From Acidimicrobiia bacterium (GTDB lineage: Bacteria > Actinomycetota > Acidimicrobiia > Spongiisociales > Spongiisociaceae): a DNA stretch of 64,000 nucleotides. The stretch is from the NCBI GenBank assembly GCA_041576165.1, contig JBFGLM010000008.1:32001-96000 (forward strand), written 5' to 3'. The translations under genes and the position numbers were made by a program. Shown here piece after piece: positions 50,964-62,466 of this stretch (position 1 is its first letter; each line of letters opens with the position of its first letter). The notes beneath the pieces were generated by a model, which made no database searches, was not told the origin of the DNA, and saw only the letters and a list, made by a program, of their open reading frames with translations.

Positions 50964-50999
50964 GCTCGCTGCGCTTCGCTCGTTGGGTCCGGCTGTGGC
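50964..50999. repeat. Short dispersed repeat, copy 2 (upstream of aroC)
   Basis: Direct-orientation match to 47461-47500. Confidence 0.75.
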
Positions 51000-51057
51000 T
51001 GTGGCCGTACCCGTCGCTGGACCTGACAACCGCTCCCCAGCCGATACCATCACATCC

Positions 51058-52209
51058 ATGTTCAGATTTCTCACTGCCGGGGAGTCCCACGGGCCCGGGT
51101 TGGTAACCATCGTCGAGGGGCTGCCGGCCGGCCTGCCGGTCATGCGGGACGGGATCGGCACCGAGTTGGCCCGGCGCCGGATGGGCTACGGGCGGGGCAA
51201 CCGGATGAAGCTCGAACAGGATGAGCTGGAGATCATCGGCGGCGTTCGCCACGGGGTCACGCTCGGATCACCAGTGGCGGTGATCGTGCGCAATACGGAA
51301 TGGCCCAAATGGGAAGAGGAGATGTCCCCGGATCCGGGAGAGCCGAAACGCCCCATGACGACGCCGCGTCCCGGGCACGCCGACCTGGTGGGGATGATGA
51401 AATATGACGTGCATGACGCCCGCAACATCCTGGAGCGAGCCTCCGCCCGTGAGACCGCGGCTCGAACGGTGGTCGGTTATCTGGCCAAGCAACTTCTGGG
51501 GTCGATCGGCGCGTCGGTGTTGAGCCACGTGGTAGCGATCGGCACCGTGGAGGGCACAGGGGAGACGCTCCCCAAGCCCGCCGACTTGGAGGCAATCGAC
51601 AACTCGCCGGTGCGGGTGTTCGATCCGGCTTCCGAGCAGGCGATGATCGAGGAGATCGAACGGGCCAAAAAGGATCGCGACACGCTCGGCGGCGTAGTGG
51701 AAGTACTGGCGTACGGCCTGCCGCCCGGTCTCGGCAGCCATGTGCACTGGGATCGCCGGATCGACGCCCGAGTGGCACAGGCGTTGATGTCGATCCAGGC
51801 CATCAAAGCGGTGGAGGCGGGAGACGGCCTCCGAACCGCCCGACGACGGGGCTCGGAGGCCCACGACGAGATCTTCTACGAGGAAGGGACCTTCACCCGG
51901 CCCAGTGATCGGGCCGGGGGAGTCGAGGGCGGGATGACAACGGGTCAGCCATTCCGGGTACGGGCGGCCATGAAACCGATCTCGACCGTCATGAAGCCAC
52001 TCCAGACGGTCAACGTCGTGACCAAAGAACCTGAGGTTGCGTTCCGGGAGCGATCTGACGTCTGCGCCGTGCCGGCTGCGGGAGTCGTCGCCGAACAAAT
52101 GGTTGCGATCGTCCTCGCTCAGGAAGTGCAGCGGATGTTTGGTGGCGACACCGTGGCCGACCTGCGCACCAGCGTCGAGGCTTACACCGAACGCCTCGGC
52201 GCCTTCTGA
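51058..52209 (+). CDS. aroC: Chorismate synthase
   Basis: FLTAGESHG, PRPGHADL, ERASARET, MKPIST, RSDVCAVP. Confidence 0.97.
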   Translation: MFRFLTAGESHGPGLVTIVEGLPAGLPVMRDGIGTELARRRMGYGRGNRMKLEQDELEIIGGVRHGVTLGSPVAVIVRNTEWPKWEEEMSPDPGEPKRPMTTPRPGHADLVGMMKYDVHDARNILERASARETAARTVVGYLAKQLLGSIGASVLSHVVAIGTVEGTGETLPKPADLEAIDNSPVRVFDPASEQAMIEEIERAKKDRDTLGGVVEVLAYGLPPGLGSHVHWDRRIDARVAQALMSIQAIKAVEAGDGLRTARRRGSEAHDEIFYEEGTFTRPSDRAGGVEGGMTTGQPFRVRAAMKPISTVMKPLQTVNVVTKEPEVAFRERSDVCAVPAAGVVAEQMVAIVLAQEVQRMFGGDTVADLRTSVEAYTERLGAF

Positions 52210-52224
52210 TCAGCCCGCCTCGCC

Positions 52225-53283
52225 ATGAACGCAACGCTCATCACCGTTGGACCCAGCCATGAACCGTCCACCGAGGTCGTCATCGGGCGCGACCTCGTCG
52301 ACATGGACCCCATAGTCCCGGAGCGGGCCTCCCGGTCCGCAGTAGGCATCCTCTGCCAACCCGGCGTCCCGGAGACGATCGGGCGGACCCTGATGGATCG
52401 TTTTCGCACGACGGGGCTGGCAGCCGACGTTCTGGTGCTACCAGACCGCGACGACGCCAAGACGCTGGCCCAGGTGGACGTCGTCTACGGGTGGTTGCTC
52501 GACAAAGGGATCAGCCGGTTCGACACATTGGTGGCGGTGGGGGGCGGTGCCGCCACCGACGCCGGCGGCTTCATCGCTGCCACCTATTTGCGAGGAATCG
52601 AGTCGGTATATGTGTCGACGACGTTGCTGGGGGCGGTTGATGCATCGATCGGGGGCAAGACGGGCATCAATCACGGTGGCAAGAATCTGGTGGGCGCGTT
52701 CTGGCACCCGCGTCGGGTCGTAATCGACCTCGACGTGCTGGACCGGCTTCCGGAGCATGTCCGACGAGAGGGATTCGCCGAAGCGGTGAAGACCGGATTC
52801 ATCGGTGACCCAGAGATCGTCGAACTGTGCGAGAAGGATGGGCTGGCCGCCCGTCTGGATGAGATCGTGCCGAGATCGGTGGCGGTCAAAGCCGAGATCG
52901 TCAGCGAAGACTTCCGGGAGGCCGACCGGCGGGCCTTCCTCAACTATGGCCACACGCTCGGTCATGCGGTGGAGGTCTGCGGTGGCCTATCGCACGGGGA
53001 TGCGGTGGGAATCGGCATGGTCGCGGCCGCAGCTGTGTCGGAGCGCCGGCGGGGTTTCGGCGAGCGCGAGCGGCATGATCGTGTGATAACCCAGCTTGGA
53101 TTGGCGATCCGCGCACCCCAACTCGACCGCGTCGCCATCGACCAGCTGATCAGGCGCGACAAGAAGCGGGACTCCACAGGAATCCGCATGGTGCTGCTCG
53201 AGCGTATCGGTCGACCGGCCCTGCAGGCAGTCGACGCCACGGATGTGGAGCACGGGCTCGAGGCCATCGGCATCAGCAGCTGA
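52225..53283 (+). CDS. aroB: 3-dehydroquinate synthase
   Basis: GGGAATD, TTLLGAVDASIGGKTGIN, KNLVGAF, LNYGHTLGHA, DKK. Confidence 0.95.
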   Translation: MNATLITVGPSHEPSTEVVIGRDLVDMDPIVPERASRSAVGILCQPGVPETIGRTLMDRFRTTGLAADVLVLPDRDDAKTLAQVDVVYGWLLDKGISRFDTLVAVGGGAATDAGGFIAATYLRGIESVYVSTTLLGAVDASIGGKTGINHGGKNLVGAFWHPRRVVIDLDVLDRLPEHVRREGFAEAVKTGFIGDPEIVELCEKDGLAARLDEIVPRSVAVKAEIVSEDFREADRRAFLNYGHTLGHAVEVCGGLSHGDAVGIGMVAAAAVSERRRGFGERERHDRVITQLGLAIRAPQLDRVAIDQLIRRDKKRDSTGIRMVLLERIGRPALQAVDATDVEHGLEAIGISS

Positions 53284-53348
53284 GGTGGACGGCGCTGCGA
53301 GTCGCCGCGACCGATACACTCCGGATCCGATACGAGCCGCGAGGAAGC

Positions 53349-53906
53349 ATGATCTCCACCAACGATGTCCGGCCGGGAATGGCATTGCAGCTGCCCGACG
53401 GGATCTTCCAGATCGTCGAGTACCAGCATGTCAAGCCGGGCAAAGGCAAGGCGTTCGTGCGGATGAAGCTCAAGAACCTCGAATCCGGTGCAGTGCTGGA
53501 CAAGACGTTTCGCGCCGACGAGGACGTGCCTCAGGCCGTCATCGACCGGCGTGAGCACCAATTTCTATACCGGGATGAACTGGGATTTCATTTCATGAAC
53601 ACCGATACCTATGCCCAGTTCGCAGTCGATCCACAGGACGTGGGCGAGGCAGCCAGCTACCTGGTCGAAGGCATGTCCGCGATCCTGCCGTTGTTCGAGG
53701 ACCGCCCTTTGGGAGTCGAATTGCCCGCCGCGGTCGGGCTGAAAGTGGTGAAAGCCGAGCCGGCCGTCAAAGGTGATCGTGTTTCCGGCGCGACGAAGCC
53801 GGTCGAGGTCGAGACAGGCCTCACCGTGGCCGTGCCTCTCTTCGTCGAGGAGGGCGATGTCATCAAGGTCGACACGCGCTCCGGCGGCTACATCACCCGG
53901 ATGTGA
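53349..53906 (+). CDS. efp: Elongation factor P
   Basis: HVKPGKG, KGDRVSG.TKP, VPLFV..GD.IKVDTR. Confidence 0.97.
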   Translation: MISTNDVRPGMALQLPDGIFQIVEYQHVKPGKGKAFVRMKLKNLESGAVLDKTFRADEDVPQAVIDRREHQFLYRDELGFHFMNTDTYAQFAVDPQDVGEAASYLVEGMSAILPLFEDRPLGVELPAAVGLKVVKAEPAVKGDRVSGATKPVEVETGLTVAVPLFVEEGDVIKVDTRSGGYITRM

Positions 53907-54277
53907 GGACGGAGCCGCGCGACCGGGCGCTTCAGGCGCTGTATGAGGTCGACCAGCGCAAGGGAGCCAGGCCCGACGAAGAGCTGTCCGGCAAAGCTCG
54001 CCGCCTGGTCGAGGGCGTTTTGGAACATCAGACCGAACTGGACCGGACGCTGGAGGAGACATCGAACCGCTGGCGGGTCGAGCGAATGCCGCCGGTCGAC
54101 CGGGCCATTCTGAGGCTCGGCTTGTTCGAACTGCGCTACGAGCCAGCAACCCCGGTAGCGGTGGTGCTTTCGGAAGCAGTGCGGCTCGCCAAGACGTACT
54201 CGACGGAGAAGAGCGGTGCGTTCGTCAATGGTGTGCTGGGCGCGCTAGCGCCTTCCGAGCGGGGTGATCGCAACTAG
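53903..54277 (+). CDS. nusB: Transcription antitermination factor
   Basis: RDRALQALY, WRVERM..VDRAILR, EAVRLAK, FVNGVL. Confidence 0.95.
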   Translation: MRTEPRDRALQALYEVDQRKGARPDEELSGKARRLVEGVLEHQTELDRTLEETSNRWRVERMPPVDRAILRLGLFELRYEPATPVAVVLSEAVRLAKTYSTEKSGAFVNGVLGALAPSERGDRN

Positions 54278-54316
54278 CCGCGAACGCGGGGCACTCCGGT
54301 GCTATGGTCGTTCGAG

Positions 54317-54348
54317 CCTTTAACGCCGGTCCTGTGAGGCCGGGAAGG
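54317..54348 (+). promoter_or_regulatory. PyrR-binding leader RNA element
   Basis: CCTTTAA-CGCCGGTCCTGTGAGGCCGGG-AAGG resembles the PyrR binding loop (UUUAA...GUCCnGnGAGGC...AAG); TATGGT -10 at 54303-54308; directly upstream of pyrR. Confidence 0.8.
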
Positions 54349-54442
54349 AGCACAGCACGATGCAGACACGGCCCCTGCCGGCCACCCGCCGGCGCCTGGC
54401 AACGCCCACCCTGCCTCCGGGCACCATCACACCTGGACCACC

Positions 54443-54979
54443 ATGCCCCAGGTGATGAACGCCGAAGACATGCGGCGGGCGCTCCAGCGCATTGCCCACG
54501 AGATCACCGAGCAGACGGACGGGGCCCGCGACGTCGTTCTGGTGGGGATCCACACCCGGGGCGTCCCGCTGGCCCGCAGGATCGCCGAAGCGATTGAGTC
54601 GTTTGAAGATCACCGCGTCCCGGTGGGGACACTGGACATCGGCCTGTACCGCGACGACCTCCACCAGCGTCCGGTGACGCCTCTCGCGGAGACTTCGATT
54701 CCGGTCGACATCAACGGATCGGTGGTGGTGCTGGTCGATGACGTGCTCTTCACTGGAAGAACGGTGCGGGCCGCCCTGGACGCCTTGACCGATCTGGGCC
54801 GGCCATCGTTGATCCGCCTCGCCACGCTCATCGACCGCGGCCATCGCCAGCTTCCCATCCGGCCTGACTTCGTCGGCAAGAACCTCCCGACCTCATTGAA
54901 GGAGCGCGTCGACGTCCTTCTGCGGGAAACCGACGGCGACGAAGGCGTTTGGATCGAACAGAAAGGGGTAGCGGCATGA
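54443..54979 (+). CDS. pyrR: Pyrimidine operon attenuation regulator/uracil phosphoribosyltransferase
   Basis: [43 protein letters not shown]. Confidence 0.97.
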   Translation: MPQVMNAEDMRRALQRIAHEITEQTDGARDVVLVGIHTRGVPLARRIAEAIESFEDHRVPVGTLDIGLYRDDLHQRPVTPLAETSIPVDINGSVVVLVDDVLFTGRTVRAALDALTDLGRPSLIRLATLIDRGHRQLPIRPDFVGKNLPTSLKERVDVLLRETDGDEGVWIEQKGVAA

Positions 54980-55893
54980 GAGACTTCCTCACGGTTGAAG
55001 GTTTGGAGCGCGGCACACTCGAGCAGCTGCTCAACCAGGCGGACAACTTCGTTTCCGTCTTGCGACGGCCCATCCCCAAGGTGCCGGCGCTGCGGGGCAA
55101 AACGGTGGCGACGCTGTTCTTCGAACCATCTACCCGGACGCGGTTGTCCTTCGAGCGGGCCGCCAAGGCGCTCTCGGCCGACGTCATGAACTTCAGCCCG
55201 GGCGGTTCGTCGGTATCGAAAGGCGAGTCGCTAAAGGACACGGTGCTGACCCTCAAGGCCATGGGACCCGATCTTATGGTGGTGCGGCACAAGGCCACAG
55301 GAGCACCGTGGCAGGTGGCCCGATGGACAGGGTTGCCGGTGGTCAACGCCGGCGACGGCGCCCATCAGCATCCCACCCAAGCCATGCTCGATGCGCTCAC
55401 GATCCGCCAGCGGTTCGGGAAGCTCGAAGGTCTCCACATCGGCATCGTCGGAGACATCCGGCACAGTCGGGTGGCGCGGTCCAACGTCTTCGCACTCTCA
55501 ACCCTCGGTGCCGAAGTGACACTCATTGCGCCGCGCACCCTGCTACCAGTGCATCTCGACGGCTGGCCGGTCAGCGCCACCGAGAGCCTCGACGAGGTTC
55601 TGCCCGAGCTCGACGTCGTCTACTTGCTGCGCATCCAGGCCGAACGGGGTGGATTGTCGGTGTTTCCGTCTCTGCCGGAATACGTAGCGCGATATGGCCT
55701 GACCCAGGCTCGCTTCGAGGCGCTCCAACCAGATGCAGTGGTCATGCATCCCGGGCCGATGAATCGCGGGGTGGAAATAGCGGACGGGGTTGCCGATCAC
55801 GAGCGCTCGCTCATCCTCGACCAGGTACACAACGGGGTGGCAGTGCGCATGGCGATTCTGTTCGGGTTGTTGGGAGGTGAAGTCGATGCATGA
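54976..55893 (+). CDS. pyrB: Aspartate carbamoyltransferase catalytic subunit
   Basis: [34 protein letters not shown]. Confidence 0.97.
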   Translation: MRDFLTVEGLERGTLEQLLNQADNFVSVLRRPIPKVPALRGKTVATLFFEPSTRTRLSFERAAKALSADVMNFSPGGSSVSKGESLKDTVLTLKAMGPDLMVVRHKATGAPWQVARWTGLPVVNAGDGAHQHPTQAMLDALTIRQRFGKLEGLHIGIVGDIRHSRVARSNVFALSTLGAEVTLIAPRTLLPVHLDGWPVSATESLDEVLPELDVVYLLRIQAERGGLSVFPSLPEYVARYGLTQARFEALQPDAVVMHPGPMNRGVEIADGVADHERSLILDQVHNGVAVRMAILFGLLGGEVDA

Positions 55894-57160
55894 GTATCTC
55901 CTCGAAGGGGGGACGGTGGTGACCGCAGATGCGGTCACCACCGCCGACGTCCTCATCTCAGAAGGCCGGATCGCACAGATCGGCACCGACCTCTTGGTGC
56001 AAACGGCCGAACGCGTCGATTGCACCGGGACGTATATAGGGCCGGGCCTGGTCGACATGCATGTGCACATGCGAGAACCCGGGCAAGAGTGGAAAGAAGA
56101 TATCGCCTCGGGGGCGGCGGCGGGCGCTGCTGGTGGTTTCACAGCGGTCGTGGCGATGCCCAATTCGTCCCCACCGATCGATGCGGGGCATCTCGCCCGT
56201 TATGTCGCTGATCGGGGACGGCAGGTTGGCCTCCTCGAGGTGGTCCCGGCCGGTTGCATCACAGCGGCGATGGAGGGTGAGCGGCTGGCGCATCTCGACG
56301 AGCTGGCTGCGGCCGGCGTGCAGGTCTTCACAGATGACGGACACACGGTGGCCGACGCCGGGTTGCTCCGCCGGGCCATGGAGTACGTGGCCGAACGTGG
56401 AGCCCTGATCGCGCAGCACGCCGAGGACCCGGGTCTCGCCCGAGGTGGCCACATGCACGAGGGTGCGGTGTCGTCGCTGCTCGGTATGTCCGGCCTGCCG
56501 GTTGAGGCGGAGACCGTGGTCGTGGCCCGCGACCTTGCGCTCGTGCGTCTCACGGGTGCCAGGTATCACGTACAGCATGTCAGCTCCGCAGCCACCGTCG
56601 CCCTCGTCCGTGCGGCCAAAGCGGAAGGTCTGCCGGTGACCGCTGAGGTGGCGCCGCATCATCTGTGGTTCTCGGATGAGGCGGTCAGATCGATGGACTC
56701 TGTCTATAAGATGTATCCACCGTTGCGGGAGCTAGAAGACGTAGAGGCATTGCGTGAAGCGCTCGCCGACGGCACCATCGACGCGGTCGCCACCGACCAT
56801 GCCCCGCACGCTGCACATGAAAAGGATGTGCCGTTCGAGGCGGCACCCCGGGGTGTGATCGGGCTCGAAACTGCAGTAGGCGTTGTCGCAATGTCCTGTC
56901 AGTTGCAGCCGGTTGGGCTGTTCGAGCGGTTGTCGGTTGCCCCGGCCAGGATCGCCGGATTGGAGAATCAGGGCTGCTGGCCCGAGGTGGGCGGCGTCGC
57001 CAATCTGGCGGTGATCGATCTGGAGACGCCCTGGACAGTTGATGGCTTCCAGTCCAAATCGACCAACAGCCCGTTCCGATCGCTCGAGCTGAAGGGCCGG
57101 GCTCGATACACCTTTTTCGAAGGCCGGATGACCTGGCGCGACGGAAAGAGCGAGCTGTGA
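55886..57160 (+). CDS. pyrC: Dihydroorotase
   Basis: DMHVHMREPG, AMPN, EVAPHH, PPLR, ATDHAPH. Confidence 0.95.
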   Translation: MHEYLLEGGTVVTADAVTTADVLISEGRIAQIGTDLLVQTAERVDCTGTYIGPGLVDMHVHMREPGQEWKEDIASGAAAGAAGGFTAVVAMPNSSPPIDAGHLARYVADRGRQVGLLEVVPAGCITAAMEGERLAHLDELAAAGVQVFTDDGHTVADAGLLRRAMEYVAERGALIAQHAEDPGLARGGHMHEGAVSSLLGMSGLPVEAETVVVARDLALVRLTGARYHVQHVSSAATVALVRAAKAEGLPVTAEVAPHHLWFSDEAVRSMDSVYKMYPPLRELEDVEALREALADGTIDAVATDHAPHAAHEKDVPFEAAPRGVIGLETAVGVVAMSCQLQPVGLFERLSVAPARIAGLENQGCWPEVGGVANLAVIDLETPWTVDGFQSKSTNSPFRSLELKGRARYTFFEGRMTWRDGKSEL

Positions 57161-58314
57161 AGCCGGCGGTTCTCGTGACCGCCGACGGCGCAGAGTTTCG
57201 GGGCCGCAGCGTGGGAGCAGACGGTGCCCGGGTCGGCGAGGTTGTTTTCAACACCAGCATGACCGGCTACCTGGAGGTGCTCACCGATCCGTCGTACGCC
57301 GGGCAGGTCGTGGTGATGACAATGCCCCATATCGGCAACTACGGGGTCGCCGAATCCGACGCTCAGGCCGGGCAGCCGGTGGCCAGAGGCCTGATCGTGC
57401 GCGCGCTCTCGCGTCGCGACTCGAACTGGCGCTCCGAAGGAACCCTCGCCCGCTATCTCGATGCCCATGATGTGGTTGCTATAGCCGACGTCGACACCCG
57501 GCGGCTCACCCGCCACATCCGGGATCACGGCGCGATGCCGGTGGCGATCGGTGTTGACGTCGACTCCGCTGAACTGCAGCGGATGGCGGCCGGGGCTCCC
57601 GGCATGAGCGGCCAGGACCTCGCTTCGACGGTGACGACCACCGAGCCTTACATCGTACGCCCTGCCGGCGACCCGATCGGGCGGGTGGTGGCGCTCGATC
57701 TGGGCATGAAGCGCGATATCGCCGCCCAGCTGACCGCCCGCCGCCTCGAGGTGCATGTCGTTCCGGCGGGAACCGGTGCAGACGACATCGGTGCCCGTCA
57801 ACCCGCCGGGGTGTTCGTGTCCAACGGACCGGGTGACCCCGAGCCTCTCACCACGCCGGTCGAAACGCTTCGAGCGTTGCTGGGCGAAGTGCCGATTTTC
57901 GGAATCTGTCTCGGTCATCAGGTGCTCGGCCTGGCGCTGGGGGCGTCGACCTACAAGCTGCCGTTCGGCCATCACGGGGGAAATCACCCGGTGCGCCGGC
58001 TGGGCGACGGGCGGGTGGCGATCACGTCCCAAAACCACGGCTTTGCCGTCGACCTGTGGTCTCTGGCCGACGGTGCTCCGCCGGAGCGGCGGGGCGTTCC
58101 GACACCCGATCTGCTGCCCGAGTCCGTACCGACCAGCTCGGGTCGGGCGGTGCCCACGCACCAAAACCTCAACGACGGAACGCTCGAAGGTCTCCGCTGT
58201 CTGGACGTGCCGGCATTCTCCGTGCAGTACCACCCCGAGGCCGCACCGGGCCCGAGAGACGCCGTCGGCCTGTTCGATGAGTTCCTGAAACTCATGGGGT
58301 TGGGCAGCGGCTGA
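57157..58314 (+). CDS. carA: Carbamoyl-phosphate synthase small subunit
   Basis: GEVVFNT.MTGY, SNGPGDP, GICLGHQ, SVQYHPE. Confidence 0.97.
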   Translation: MKPAVLVTADGAEFRGRSVGADGARVGEVVFNTSMTGYLEVLTDPSYAGQVVVMTMPHIGNYGVAESDAQAGQPVARGLIVRALSRRDSNWRSEGTLARYLDAHDVVAIADVDTRRLTRHIRDHGAMPVAIGVDVDSAELQRMAAGAPGMSGQDLASTVTTTEPYIVRPAGDPIGRVVALDLGMKRDIAAQLTARRLEVHVVPAGTGADDIGARQPAGVFVSNGPGDPEPLTTPVETLRALLGEVPIFGICLGHQVLGLALGASTYKLPFGHHGGNHPVRRLGDGRVAITSQNHGFAVDLWSLADGAPPERRGVPTPDLLPESVPTSSGRAVPTHQNLNDGTLEGLRCLDVPAFSVQYHPEAAPGPRDAVGLFDEFLKLMGLGSG

Positions 58315-61300
58315 TGCCCAAGCGAACCGACATCGAAACAATCCTGCTCATCGGCTCGGGTCCGATCATCATCGGCCAAGCCGCGGAGTTCGACTACTCC
58401 GGCTGTCAGGCCGCGAAGGTACTGCGGACCCAGGGGTACCGGGTCGTACTGGTGAATTCGAATCCGGCCACGATCATGACCGATCCTGAATACGCCGACG
58501 CCACCTACCTCGAACCCATTACGGCGGAAATGGTCGAACGCATCATCGAACGCGAGCGGCCCGACGCCCTCCTCCCCACCCTTGGAGGTCAGACTGCGCT
58601 GAATGTCACCAGCGACCTGGCCCGCGGCGGCGGCCTCGACCGCCTTGGGGTGGAGCTGATTGGCGCCGGGATCGATGCGATCGAGGCGGCAGAGGACCGC
58701 GGAAGGTTCAAGGAGGTCATGGAGGCAGCCGGGTTGGCGGTCCCGAGAGCGACCTACGCCCGTTCAATGACCGAGGCGATGCGGGCTGTGGCCGAGATCG
58801 GTTACCCGGTCATGATCCGACCGTCCTACATCCTCGGCGGCGGCGGCACCGGTATCGCTCGCACCGAAGCGGAGTTCATCGAAGCGGCCCGCCATGGCCT
58901 GCAAACGTCTCCGGTCGGAGAGATCCTTGTCGAGGAGTCCGTCTACGGGTGGAAAGAGTTCGAGCTCGAAGTCATGCGGGATGGCAAGGACAACGCAGTG
59001 ATCGTGTGCTCGATCGAGAACCTAGACGCGATGGGTGTGCACACGGGCGACTCGATCACCGTTGCTCCGGTGCAGACGCTGTCGGATCGGGAATACCAGG
59101 ATATGCGCGACGACGCCATCCAAGTGTTGCGAGCCATCGGGGTCGAGACTGGTGGATCCAATGTGCAGTTCGCGGTCGATCCCGCGACCGGGCGGCGGCT
59201 GGTGATCGAAATGAATCCGCGGGTATCGCGCAGCTCAGCCCTGGCTTCGAAAGCCACTGGGTTTCCGATCGCCAAGATCGCCGCACTGCTCGCCGTCGGC
59301 TACACCCTCGATGAGATAGCCAACGACATCACGGGCGCCACTCCCGCCTCGTTCGAGCCGGCATTGGATTACGTCGTTGTGAAGGCGCCGCGGTTCGATT
59401 TCGCCAAATTTCCGGCAGCCCCCGATGAGCTGAGCACGTCCATGCGGTCCGTGGGTGAGGTGATGTCGATTGGCCGCACGTTCCCCGAGGCGCTGCAGAA
59501 GGCGCTGCGCAGCCTCGAGACGGGTCACGCCGGCCTCAACGCAACGGGCAAGGAATGGGCGCTGCGCTGCCTGGACGACGATCAGCTGCAGCGTCGGTGT
59601 GCCCGGCCATCGTCGCAGAGGATCTTCGCCGTCGGCGAAGCGTTGCGGCGCGGATGGTCGGTCGAGTCGCTGGCCGAGTCCACGTCAATCGACCCCTGGT
59701 TCCTCGATCAGATGGCCGAAATCGTCGAGCTGCGTTGCGAACTGGAACAGAGCCCGGGGCCGGATGTCGATCTCGTCCGGGCGGCAAAGCGTATGGGCTT
59801 CTCTGATGCCCAACTCGCCCACATTTGGAACCAGGATGCCGACCAGATCCGGTCGCTGCGCAAAGGCGCCCGAATGGAGACCACCTACAAGCGGGTTGAC
59901 ACCTGCGCAGCCGAGTTCGAAGCGGTTACCCCATACTTCTACTCCAGCTATGAAGACGAGTCCGAGGTGGAGCCGGCCACCCGCCCCACAGTCGTCGTGC
60001 TGGGCTCGGGGCCCAATCGAATCGGTCAAGGTATCGAGTTCGATTACTGCTGTGTTCACGCTTCATTTGCGCTGAAAGAAGCCGGCTATGAGACCGTGAT
60101 GGTGAACTGCAATCCCGAGACGGTTTCCACGGACTACGACACGTCAGATCGGCTCTACTTCGAGCCGTTGACGGTCGAGGATGTGCTCGCTATCTGTGAG
60201 GCGGAAGAGCCCCTCGGAGTGATCGTCCAGCTAGGCGGGCAAACCCCCCTCAACCTGGCCCGGGCGCTGGAGCAGCGGGGAGTCCCCATCGCCGGGACAC
60301 CTCCGGACTCGATCGACATGGCCGAAGATCGAGAGCGGTTCTCCGCGCTCTGTCGGGAGTTGGGGATCAAACAGCCGCCGCATGGCATAGCCCGCACTGC
60401 CCTCGAGGCCGAGGAGATCGTTGACGGCATCGGACTGCCGGTGCTGGTCCGGCCCTCATATGTCCTCGGGGGCAGAGCGATGCGAGTCGTCTACTCCTAC
60501 GATGACCTCAGCGAGTATCTGAAAGAGGTCTACGGCTCCGCCGACGGGGAAGGGCTCGACATCTCTGAGGCCCCGTTGTTGGTTGACCGCTTCCTCGAGG
60601 CTGCTACCGAAATCGACGTGGACGCGGTCTACGACGGCCGCGAGTTGCTGGTCGGCGGCATCATGGAACATGTGGAAGAGGCCGGGGTCCATTCGGGCGA
60701 CTCGGCGTGTGTGACGCCTCCCCCCACCATCACCGAGGAAGCGCATAAACGCATCCTGCGGGCGTCTGAAGATCTCGCAGCGGCTCTCGGCGTACGCGGC
60801 CTGATCAACATCCAGTTTGCAGTGAGAGGTGACGAGGTATTCGTGCTCGAGGCGAATCCGCGGGGGTCGCGGACGGTGCCCTTCATCTCGAAGGCCTCCG
60901 GCGTGCCGCTCGCCAAGATCGCGGCCCGGGTGATGCTCGGGTCGACGGTGGAGTGTTTGCGGCAGGAGGCCATCGTGCCGGCCGAAATGACCGACGACTT
61001 CGTGTCGGTGAAAGATGCGGTGCTTCCCTGGGATCGCTTCCCCGAAGAGGACACCGTGCTGGGACCCGAGATGAGAGCGACCGGCGAGGTGATGGGCATT
61101 GGACGCGACGTCGGGACCGCGTTCGCGAAGGCGTTGCTGGCGGCCGGACACACCATCCCGCAATCGGGCACGGTCTTCCTGTCGCTGGCGGACCGGGACA
61201 AGGCCTTGGGGCTGGCGGTGGCGCAGGCGTTCACGATGTTGGGATTCCGGCTGCTGGCAACGGCAGGCACGGCCCGGTATCTGGAGCACCATGGCATACC

Positions 61301-61562
61301 GTCCGACGTCGTCGCCAAGGTCGGAGAGGGGGACCGCGACACGGTTCAGCGGATCGAAGCGGGAGAGGTCGATATGGTCGTCAACACGCCGCGCGGGCGG
61401 CGGGCCCGCGGCGACGGCCGGCTCATCCGCCACGCCTCCATGCGCCGGGGCATTCCGTGTGTAACAACCATCCAGGGTGCGCTCGCGATTGCTCGCAGTC
61501 TGCGCACCGGCCGGATGGCGGTGCTGAACGTGCGCAGCCTGCAGGACTGGCATGGTGACTGA
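58314..61562 (+). CDS. carB: Carbamoyl-phosphate synthase large subunit
   Basis: [17 protein letters not shown], two ATP-grasp halves, [14 protein letters not shown]-terminal MGS domain. Confidence 0.98.
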   Translation: MPKRTDIETILLIGSGPIIIGQAAEFDYSGCQAAKVLRTQGYRVVLVNSNPATIMTDPEYADATYLEPITAEMVERIIERERPDALLPTLGGQTALNVTSDLARGGGLDRLGVELIGAGIDAIEAAEDRGRFKEVMEAAGLAVPRATYARSMTEAMRAVAEIGYPVMIRPSYILGGGGTGIARTEAEFIEAARHGLQTSPVGEILVEESVYGWKEFELEVMRDGKDNAVIVCSIENLDAMGVHTGDSITVAPVQTLSDREYQDMRDDAIQVLRAIGVETGGSNVQFAVDPATGRRLVIEMNPRVSRSSALASKATGFPIAKIAALLAVGYTLDEIANDITGATPASFEPALDYVVVKAPRFDFAKFPAAPDELSTSMRSVGEVMSIGRTFPEALQKALRSLETGHAGLNATGKEWALRCLDDDQLQRRCARPSSQRIFAVGEALRRGWSVESLAESTSIDPWFLDQMAEIVELRCELEQSPGPDVDLVRAAKRMGFSDAQLAHIWNQDADQIRSLRKGARMETTYKRVDTCAAEFEAVTPYFYSSYEDESEVEPATRPTVVVLGSGPNRIGQGIEFDYCCVHASFALKEAGYETVMVNCNPETVSTDYDTSDRLYFEPLTVEDVLAICEAEEPLGVIVQLGGQTPLNLARALEQRGVPIAGTPPDSIDMAEDRERFSALCRELGIKQPPHGIARTALEAEEIVDGIGLPVLVRPSYVLGGRAMRVVYSYDDLSEYLKEVYGSADGEGLDISEAPLLVDRFLEAATEIDVDAVYDGRELLVGGIMEHVEEAGVHSGDSACVTPPPTITEEAHKRILRASEDLAAALGVRGLINIQFAVRGDEVFVLEANPRGSRTVPFISKASGVPLAKIAARVMLGSTVECLRQEAIVPAEMTDDFVSVKDAVLPWDRFPEEDTVLGPEMRATGEVMGIGRDVGTAFAKALLAAGHTIPQSGTVFLSLADRDKALGLAVAQAFTMLGFRLLATAGTARYLEHHGIPSDVVAKVGEGDRDTVQRIEAGEVDMVVNTPRGRRARGDGRLIRHASMRRGIPCVTTIQGALAIARSLRTGRMAVLNVRSLQDWHGD

Positions 61563-62466
61563 CCTGCAAGTCCGCTTGGGGCCGATCACGCTTTCGTCTC
61601 CACTGGTGGCCGCGTCCGGGACGGTTGGCAGCGTTGACGATTTCGCAGCAGTAGGAGTGCTGGAGGCCTACGGGGCTGCCGTCGCCAAGTCAGTGGCACC
61701 GGTGCCCTGGCGGGGTCGTCCCCCACCCCGGCTCGGTCCGGCCGGGACCGGCATGCTCAACGGAATCGGCATCCAGAATCCCGGGATCGAAGGGTGGATC
61801 GAGGCGCATGCGCATGCAATTGGGGACCTGGGCGTGCCGGTGTGGGGTTCCGCGGTGGGCGGCACCCCGGAGGAGTTCGCGCTGGTGGCAAAGGGGCTGG
61901 CGGGAGCCGGCGTACGGGCCGTGGAAGTGAACCTGTCATGCCCCAACCTCGAAGGCGAGGGGATCTTCGCCCTCGACCGGACGGCTTCGGCGGCCGTCGT
62001 CCAAGCGGTTCGCCGGGCGGTTGATCTCCCCGTCGGCGCCAAGCTGTCGCCCAATGCGACCGATATCGCCGATGTGGCTGGGGCTGTGGCCGACGCGGGC
62101 GCAGACTGGGTGGTGTTGACGAATACGGCACTAGGCGCGGCAATCGACGTCGAGACGCGCCGACCGGTCCTCTCCGGCACCGTCGGCGGCTACTCGGGTC
62201 CACCCCTGAAACCGCTGGCGCTGCGTTGCGTCGTCGAGGTCCACGCGGCGCGTCCGGAGATCCCGATCGTCGGCTGCGGCGGGGTGACATCGGGCACCGA
62301 CGTGGTTGAGTACCTGCTCGCGGGAGCGTCGGCCGTGGCGCTCGGCACCGTTCATTTCGCCGAACCGCGGGCCGGACGCCGCATCCGGCGGGAGCTGATT
62401 CGGTGGATGCAGCGGCATGACGTAGCGGCTGTGAGTGATCTGATCGGAGCCATGGAACGTTGGTGA
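61552..62466 (+). CDS. pyrD: Dihydroorotate dehydrogenase catalytic subunit (family 1)
   Basis: [39 protein letters not shown]. Confidence 0.93.
   Translation: MVTDLQVRLGPITLSSPLVAASGTVGSVDDFAAVGVLEAYGAAVAKSVAPVPWRGRPPPRLGPAGTGMLNGIGIQNPGIEGWIEAHAHAIGDLGVPVWGSAVGGTPEEFALVAKGLAGAGVRAVEVNLSCPNLEGEGIFALDRTASAAVVQAVRRAVDLPVGAKLSPNATDIADVAGAVADAGADWVVLTNTALGAAIDVETRRPVLSGTVGGYSGPPLKPLALRCVVEVHAARPEIPIVGCGGVTSGTDVVEYLLAGASAVALGTVHFAEPRAGRRIRRELIRWMQRHDVAAVSDLIGAMERW

Noticed and set aside
51040-51046. GCCGATA upstream of aroC as another sigma-28 promoter
   Set aside because: No YTCA element 16-17 nt upstream; better explained by the overlapping TACCAT housekeeping -10.
39756-51057. Pilus cluster as a mobile genomic island
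   Set aside because: No integrase, transposase, tRNA attachment site or evident GC shift.
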